Source of the DNA: a virus
Taxonomy: Duplodnaviria > Caudoviricetes
Length of the DNA stretch: 38,935 bases
Strand: one strand, 5' to 3'
Virus record (IMG/VR): IMGVR_UViG_3300020580_000031
Coordinates: 1 to 38,935 of that record
Under the pieces are notes generated by a model. It made no database searches and was not told where the DNA came from. It worked only from the letters and a program-made list of their open reading frames with translations. Positions within the stretch are counted from its first letter, which is position 1; each line of letters begins with the position of its first letter. This document shows positions 34,202 through 38,935 of the stretch, piece by piece. The position numbers were made by a program, and so were the translations under genes.

Positions 34202-34670
34202 CCACCACAAGCACGGCAGCCGCTGCTCACACCCGTCCGCGGACGTGATCCTGCATGGCTGCGCTGAGAACATCCGCCATGTCGGCTGGCACGCCACGGG
34301 TGTCCTCGCGAACCCGCCGTTCACCTACACGACGGGCCTGACCGAAACCCACGGGCACCCGGAACTGGTGATCGCTGGCGTGGATTCCGGGATGGCGCAC
34401 CCGATCCTGGTCACCGCCGTCAAGATGATCGAGGATGGCGGCCGGTTCACCCCGGGTGACCGCCCGGAGGAGCTGATCACCGGCTACCCGATGCTCGTCG
34501 CGGAGGTTCCGGCGGCGTACCGGGAGCCGTTCAGCTTCGGTGTGTCCACCGCCCATTACGGGCGGGAGGTGCCGCACCTGCAGCTGATGTGGCCCGACCC
34601 CGAAGGCCGGTTCCCGGGTAAGGCCGGCTGTGACGAAGACATGGCCGGGGCTCAGTTGATGGCCCAGTGA
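34194..34670 (+). CDS. DUF4262-like protein
   Basis: GW..V..PPFTYTTGL..GHPELVIAG..LQLMWPDPEGRFP. Confidence 0.8.
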   Translation: MPNHHKHGSRCSHPSADVILHGCAENIRHVGWHATGVLANPPFTYTTGLTETHGHPELVIAGVDSGMAHPILVTAVKMIEDGGRFTPGDRPEELITGYPMLVAEVPAAYREPFSFGVSTAHYGREVPHLQLMWPDPEGRFPGKAGCDEDMAGAQLMAQ

Positions 34671-35203
34671 GTTCGGGCGCTGTGGGGCGGGTGCCCGTGG
34701 CTTACGCGGGCGTCCGGTTCCGGTCAACGCTGGAAGCCGACTGGGCGGTGACGCTCGACGGGCTGAATGTCATCTGGCAGTACGAGCCCGAGGCGGTGCG
34801 GCTGCCGTCGGGGACGCTGTACCGCCCGGACTTTTACTTGCCGAAGATCGCTACCTGGCTGGAAGTCAAGGGGCCGTCGGTGGGCGGTCTGGACAAAACC
34901 CGCGAACTCGCCGAGGCAGTGTCGCACTTCCCGGACTGCCCGGCGCGTGGCCGTGGTGATTGCGAATGCACGGGCGAATACGAACTGGTGGTTGTTGGCT
35001 TGGCGCCGACGCTCGGTCGCCTCACCTGGGAACTGGTCGGTGACGACACGGGGACGTTCCAGCGTTGTTTTAACTGCGGGTCCTGGTGGTGGTGCGGATC
35101 GGTGTCGCTTGGTTGCCGGGCACACCGCCGCTTCCGCGGTGGGGACGACGACCTGGGTGATGACACCGTTCCGGAGTTCAGGCGAAGCGGCGGCCGCAGG
35201 TGA
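34667..35203 (+). CDS. PD-(D/E)xK nuclease-like protein
   Basis: YAGVRFRSTLEADWA..WQYEPE..YRPDFYLP..WLEVKG. Confidence 0.8.
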   Translation: MSSGAVGRVPVAYAGVRFRSTLEADWAVTLDGLNVIWQYEPEAVRLPSGTLYRPDFYLPKIATWLEVKGPSVGGLDKTRELAEAVSHFPDCPARGRGDCECTGEYELVVVGLAPTLGRLTWELVGDDTGTFQRCFNCGSWWWCGSVSLGCRAHRRFRGGDDDLGDDTVPEFRRSGGRR

Positions 35204-35730
35204 GTCCGGGGTTCCGGTTCACGGTGGCGGGCCGTCCGGCGCCGCAGGGCTCCAAGGACGTCATCCCGCTCAAGACCGCCGGTGAGTTCAATGGCCGGTT
35301 CAGCCTGGTGGAGAAGTCGAAGTACCTGAAGGCGTGGCGGGAAGCGGTCGAGGCGGCGGCGCGGGTGGCGTCGTTTGGGCAGCCGGCTTTGGATGGGCCC
35401 CTGTGGGCGTCGATGGTGTTCACTTTGGCGCGGCCAGCGGCGCATTTCCGGACGGGTGTCCACGCGGATCGGCTGCGGGATGACGCGCCGGAGTGGCCGG
35501 AGGATGTCCCCGATTTGAGCAAGCTCGTCCGCGCGACCGAGGACGCTTTGGTGACCGCTGGGGCGATCCGGGATGACGCGCGGATCGTGCGGTTCGCGGA
35601 CGTGGCGAAGACGTACCCGGGTGGGCCGCATCGGTGGGCGCTGGCCCGCCCGGGCGCGGTGATCGAAGTGGGATGTGTGGTGAGACCCGGCCAGCTGGCT
35701 TTGCCGGTGACCGGGGCGGCGGATGTGTAG
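35200..35730 (+). CDS. rusA: RusA-like Holliday junction resolvase
   Basis: GRPAPQGSK, WREAV, PDLSKLVRATEDAL..IRDDARIV. Confidence 0.88.
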   Translation: MSPGFRFTVAGRPAPQGSKDVIPLKTAGEFNGRFSLVEKSKYLKAWREAVEAAARVASFGQPALDGPLWASMVFTLARPAAHFRTGVHADRLRDDAPEWPEDVPDLSKLVRATEDALVTAGAIRDDARIVRFADVAKTYPGGPHRWALARPGAVIEVGCVVRPGQLALPVTGAADV

Positions 35731-35759
35731 CATGACCGAGCGGAAGGGATGTAGAAACC

Positions 35760-36146
35760 ATGGCTGCTGACAAGGGTGACCTCGTGACGCTGGCGGGCAC
35801 CATGCCGCCCAGTAACACGAACGCGCTGCGGACGTACGCGAAGGATCTGATGGCGGATCCGACGAAGTGCCGCCTGATCGTCGCGATGATCGACGTGGTG
35901 AAGACCGTCACCGACCACGACAAGGGCGTCGCGTACCCGGTGGTGCGGCTCCGCCATGTGGAGCTCGTCACGTCCGACAACATCGCGGTGGCGAGTGAGA
36001 TCCTCGGCGGGGAACTCGCGGCGCGGACGGGCGCGGAGCAGCTGCCGTTCGAGCATGGCCAGGTCGCCGACGACTTCGCCGAGGGGCGCCCCGAGGACAT
36101 GGACGAGGTCGGCGGCGACGCCCCGCCGCGGCTGGGCATCGTCTGA
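35760..36146 (+). CDS. Hypothetical protein
   Basis: ARTGAEQLPF motif seen in actinophage proteins; a TGTAGAAAC motif directly precedes the ATG. Confidence 0.7.
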   Translation: MAADKGDLVTLAGTMPPSNTNALRTYAKDLMADPTKCRLIVAMIDVVKTVTDHDKGVAYPVVRLRHVELVTSDNIAVASEILGGELAARTGAEQLPFEHGQVADDFAEGRPEDMDEVGGDAPPRLGIV

Positions 36147-36430
36147 TGGGTGCTTTCATGTCGCCGGTCGCTGGGCGCCCCGCAGAGACCGCCGTGGCCC
36201 ACTACACGGGGATGAGCGCGTCCGACGGTGAGAACTGGCGTGTTCACGCGGATGAGGTCCGCGACGTCAACGGCGACCTGGCCGTGGCGCGTGCTGACCG
36301 CCCGTCGGCGACGCTGCGCCGTGTTGGGTGGCTTGACCAGAAGGGGCGGGTGTGGACACGCACACCGGCTTCGTCCGGGTTCGACGGCGGCTCCCTGACG
36401 CCGCTGCTGATCGACGTTCGGGAGGACTGA
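36146..36430 (+). CDS. Hypothetical protein
   Basis: TGATG coupling. Confidence 0.55.
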   Translation: MGAFMSPVAGRPAETAVAHYTGMSASDGENWRVHADEVRDVNGDLAVARADRPSATLRRVGWLDQKGRVWTRTPASSGFDGGSLTPLLIDVRED

Positions 36431-36433
36431 GAC

Positions 36434-36613
36434 GTGGCGCAGTCACGGGAACTGGCGCAGGAAACCGCGGCGATGCAGACGATGGAACGGGTCCTGTCGG
36501 CCCTGCCGGAGCCAGCGCGGCGACGGGTGATCGCGTGGACGATCGACGTGTACTCGGCGGGTGGGCAGGCGGCCGAGAACGGGCAGGCCCCGGTTGCTGG
36601 TGAGGACGCGTGA
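36434..36613 (+). CDS. Small helical protein (59 aa), missing from the ORF track
   Basis: GGAGGA RBS; MAQSRELAQETAAMQTMERVLSALPEPARRRVIAW...; GTGA overlap with the next gene. Confidence 0.65.
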   Translation: MAQSRELAQETAAMQTMERVLSALPEPARRRVIAWTIDVYSAGGQAAENGQAPVAGEDA

Positions 36614-37560
36614 GCGGGCAGCGTGCGCCTGGCGCGTACGGCCGCCGGCCACCGTCGCGGAAGCCAGCGGTTCAGCTGGCCCCCCTGCTGACTGGTGTGG
36701 TCCCAGCGCATCCGGTGGCCGCGGATTACCTCGCCGCGCTGGATGGTGGCTGGCAGATGCTCGGCAACGACACCGTGGGTGATTGCGCCGCGGTTTCGTG
36801 GGCCAATAACCGGAGACTGGTCACGGCTGCCCTGACCGGCACGGCCCGCTACCCGGATCTGGCCATGGTCTACAGCGTCTACGCTTCGCAAAACCCAGGG
36901 TTCGACCCCAACGGTGATCCGGCGGTAGACGGCCCAGGCAGTCCCGCGGACGGCGGGATGGACCTGCAGACGCTGCTGGAGTACCTGACGAAGACCGGCG
37001 GCCCCGACGGTGTCAAGGCGGTCGGGTTCGCGCAGGTCAACCCTGCCCGCACCGCTGAGGTCAAGGCGGCGATCGCCCTGTTCGGGTCGCTGCTGACGGG
37101 GATCACCGTCCTCGATGTCAACGAGCAGGAGTTCGCCGCGGGCCAGCCGTGGTCATGGGATCCGTCGGCGCAGGCCGCTGGCGGCCACGCGGTCCTCACC
37201 GGCGGCTACGGGCCGCCCGGCCCCGGCCCGCTGGGGGGCGATGAGCGGTTCGTGACCTGGGCCGCTGAGACGAGTTTCGATGACTCGTTCTGGGCCAGTG
37301 CGGTTGAGGAAGCGTGGGTGGTGATCTGGCCGGAGATGCTTGGGTCGCTGGAGTTCATGCAGGGTGTGGACATGGCCCAGTTCGCCTCCGACTACCAGGT
37401 GATCACGGGCCGCCCGTTCCCGTACGTGGTGCCGCCCAGCCCCGCCCCGGTGCCTGGGCCCTCTCCGGCGCCCGCTCAGGGTCTGCTGGGGGAGCTGGCG
37501 TCGCTGGTCCGCACCGACGCTCAGGCGGCCATCTCCTGGCTTGATTCGCATGGTCTCTGA
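36610..37560 (+). CDS. Papain-like (C1-type) cysteine peptidase
   Basis: MLGNDTVGDC (Cys), GGHAVLTGGY (His), FVTW, VEEAWV. Confidence 0.75.
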   Translation: MSGQRAPGAYGRRPPSRKPAVQLAPLLTGVVPAHPVAADYLAALDGGWQMLGNDTVGDCAAVSWANNRRLVTAALTGTARYPDLAMVYSVYASQNPGFDPNGDPAVDGPGSPADGGMDLQTLLEYLTKTGGPDGVKAVGFAQVNPARTAEVKAAIALFGSLLTGITVLDVNEQEFAAGQPWSWDPSAQAAGGHAVLTGGYGPPGPGPLGGDERFVTWAAETSFDDSFWASAVEEAWVVIWPEMLGSLEFMQGVDMAQFASDYQVITGRPFPYVVPPSPAPVPGPSPAPAQGLLGELASLVRTDAQAAISWLDSHGL

Positions 37561-37912
37561 GGACGCCCGGTTCGGCGAGTGGGCGATCGTGGAGCTGATG
37601 GGCCGCCGCCGTGTCGGCGGGCGCGTGTCGTCGGACCAGGGTTCCCTAGCCGAGTCAACGTATCTGCGGGTGGACGTGCATGGCCTGACTGGCCCGCCGG
37701 TGATGACACAGTTCCTGCCGTGGCCGCAGGCGTTCTACTGCCTCACCATCACCGATGAGGAAACCGCGCGGGCTGTCGGCGCGATGTCGGGTGGGTCGGC
37801 TCCGGTGGCCCGGTGGGAACTTGAACGGCCGGCGCCGCGTGGCACCCCAACGTATGGCCCACCGGATGGTGAGGTATGGGTTGATGGCCCCGAAGAGGTG
37901 AACGTCCCGTGA
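37550..37912 (+). CDS. Phage hypothetical protein
   Basis: WAIVELMGRRRVGGRV..LRVDV..TQF..AFY..DEETARA. Confidence 0.65.
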   Translation: MVSEDARFGEWAIVELMGRRRVGGRVSSDQGSLAESTYLRVDVHGLTGPPVMTQFLPWPQAFYCLTITDEETARAVGAMSGGSAPVARWELERPAPRGTPTYGPPDGEVWVDGPEEVNVP

Positions 37913-38076
37913 AACTCAGCGAGCCGGTGGTTTCGGTGGTCTCCGATCTTCGTGAGGTGCCGTTCGGGGAGCTGCCCGCCCTGGACGAGGCGACCCTCGG
38001 TGAGACGCTGCGCCGGGTGATCCCGGATAGCGCGCCGGTCACTGTGCCGGTGGCGGCGTTCCAGTCGGCCCTTTGA
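37909..38076 (+). CDS. FxSxx-COOH (FxsA-like) cyclophane RiPP precursor peptide, 55 aa, missing from the ORF track
   Basis: MKLSEPVVSVVSDLREVPFGELPALDEATLGETLRRVIPDSAPVTVPVAAFQSAL*: DL..V...EL..L....L...LRRV leader and terminal AFQSAL; GAGGTG RBS and GTGA overlap. Confidence 0.85.
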   Translation: MKLSEPVVSVVSDLREVPFGELPALDEATLGETLRRVIPDSAPVTVPVAAFQSAL

Positions 38077-38089
38077 GGATGGAGACGCC

Positions 38090-38248
38090 GTGAAGGCTTC
38101 TGACCTGTTCCGCTGGCTGCTGATCGTCGTCGCGCTGATCCTGGCTGGGGTGGCGTGGCTGTCCGCTGTTCATGTGATCCACGGGGCGCCGGTGTGGGTG
38201 CTGCCATCAGCGGTGCTGGCGATCATCGTGGCCGTCGCGATTCCGTGA
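38090..38248 (+). CDS. 52-aa two-TM membrane protein
   Basis: GGAG RBS; MKASDLFRWLLIVVALILAGVAWL..VWVLPSAVLAIIVAVAIP. Confidence 0.65.
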   Translation: MKASDLFRWLLIVVALILAGVAWLSAVHVIHGAPVWVLPSAVLAIIVAVAIP

Positions 38249-38254
38249 CCACGA

Positions 38255-38283
38255 TTGCTCTTTTCTACTTTTCTACATACACT
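38255..38283 (+). promoter_or_regulatory. Sigma-70-type promoter, twin of the one at 20688
   Basis: TTGCTC-TTTTCTACTTTTCTACA-TACACT. Confidence 0.8.
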
Positions 38284-38322
38284 GGGGGGGGACAACCACC
38301 ACCACCCGGAAGGAAAGCCCAC

Positions 38323-38935
38323 ATGGCTCCTGACGCGCCAGCCATTCCCCTCACCGCCCGGTTCGCCGGGCTCGACAAAATCGCGAAGATCCTCTCCGAA
38401 CAGCAGGGCCGCAAGCTCGACGTGGTCGCGAACGCCGCCGCGATGCGGTTCGAAGGCACCCAGCTGATCGTCAACGGTGTCGAAGCTGAGATCACCGACG
38501 ACGGGGTTCAGACGGTCGACGGGATCTACCAGCCGACCGAGGTGTTCGACGAGGGCCTGGCTGAGAAGCTGGGTGTGCCCCGCGCCTACGTCCGCCGGAT
38601 GCGGAACGAGGCACCGGACCTGTACGACGCCAACGCCAACGGCTGGCTCCACGGCCACGAGGTGCCCGTCCCGGACGCGTCCGGGAACACGATGGACGTC
38701 AAGGTCATCCGCGAGCCGGACACCCGGAAGTTCATGCTGCGGCTGTTCCGCGGCGACGACGGCGTGGGTGTGGGCCGGGCGATGCTGTCCGACTCTTACC
38801 GGACCACGATGGACCATCTCGACGTCCTCACCGCCGCTTTGCAGGGTGTTCAGGACTCCGGTGCCGACGCCCACGTCACCACCTGTGACCTGTCGGAGCG
38901 GCGGATGACGGTCACGCTGGAGGCTCCGGGGGTGC
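38323..38935 (+). CDS. DUF932/DUF945-like protein, 3'-truncated
   Basis: GAAGGAAA RBS; open to the window end; RKLDVV..FDEGLAEKLGVPRAYVRRMR..YDANANGWL..GRAMLSDSY..CDLSERRM. Confidence 0.75.
   Translation, partial: MAPDAPAIPLTARFAGLDKIAKILSEQQGRKLDVVANAAAMRFEGTQLIVNGVEAEITDDGVQTVDGIYQPTEVFDEGLAEKLGVPRAYVRRMRNEAPDLYDANANGWLHGHEVPVPDASGNTMDVKVIREPDTRKFMLRLFRGDDGVGVGRAMLSDSYRTTMDHLDVLTAALQGVQDSGADAHVTTCDLSERRMTVTLEAPGV

Overview
High-GC (actinobacterial) tailed-phage or prophage segment. Left arm (+, 1-10.4 kb): the end of the tail region, including a large glycoside-hydrolase/minor-tail fusion, then an unusually enzyme-rich lysis region (GH25 endolysin, permuted NlpC/P60, PLD-family protein, several membrane proteins) and a second GH/Ig-like pair. 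Centre (-, 10.4-18.2 kb): where an integrase/immunity cassette would normally sit there is a leftward operon with a Streptomyces-plasmid-type conjugation module (DUF2637/SpdA-like, TraA-like, TraB/FtsK), a repeat locus, a GIY-YIG nuclease carrying a copy of the TraB C-terminal DNA-binding domain, a full-length trigger factor homologue, a membrane hydrolase and a NUDIX enzyme; a divergent RHH repressor faces it. Right arm (+, 18.3-38.9 kb): a hairpin-dense non-coding interval, a secreted LysM-transglycosylase and early/replication genes (J-domain protein, HTHs, HNHs, Rad52-like annealing protein, Cas4-like nuclease, duplicated-HTH initiator with five palindromic iterons, DnaB-like helicase, RusA, papain-like peptidase, DUF932). 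An orphan FxSxx-COOH (FxsA-like) RiPP precursor lies near the right end. A recurrent TTTTCTACA motif sits in several promoters. All family calls are from motif recognition by eye, not database searches.
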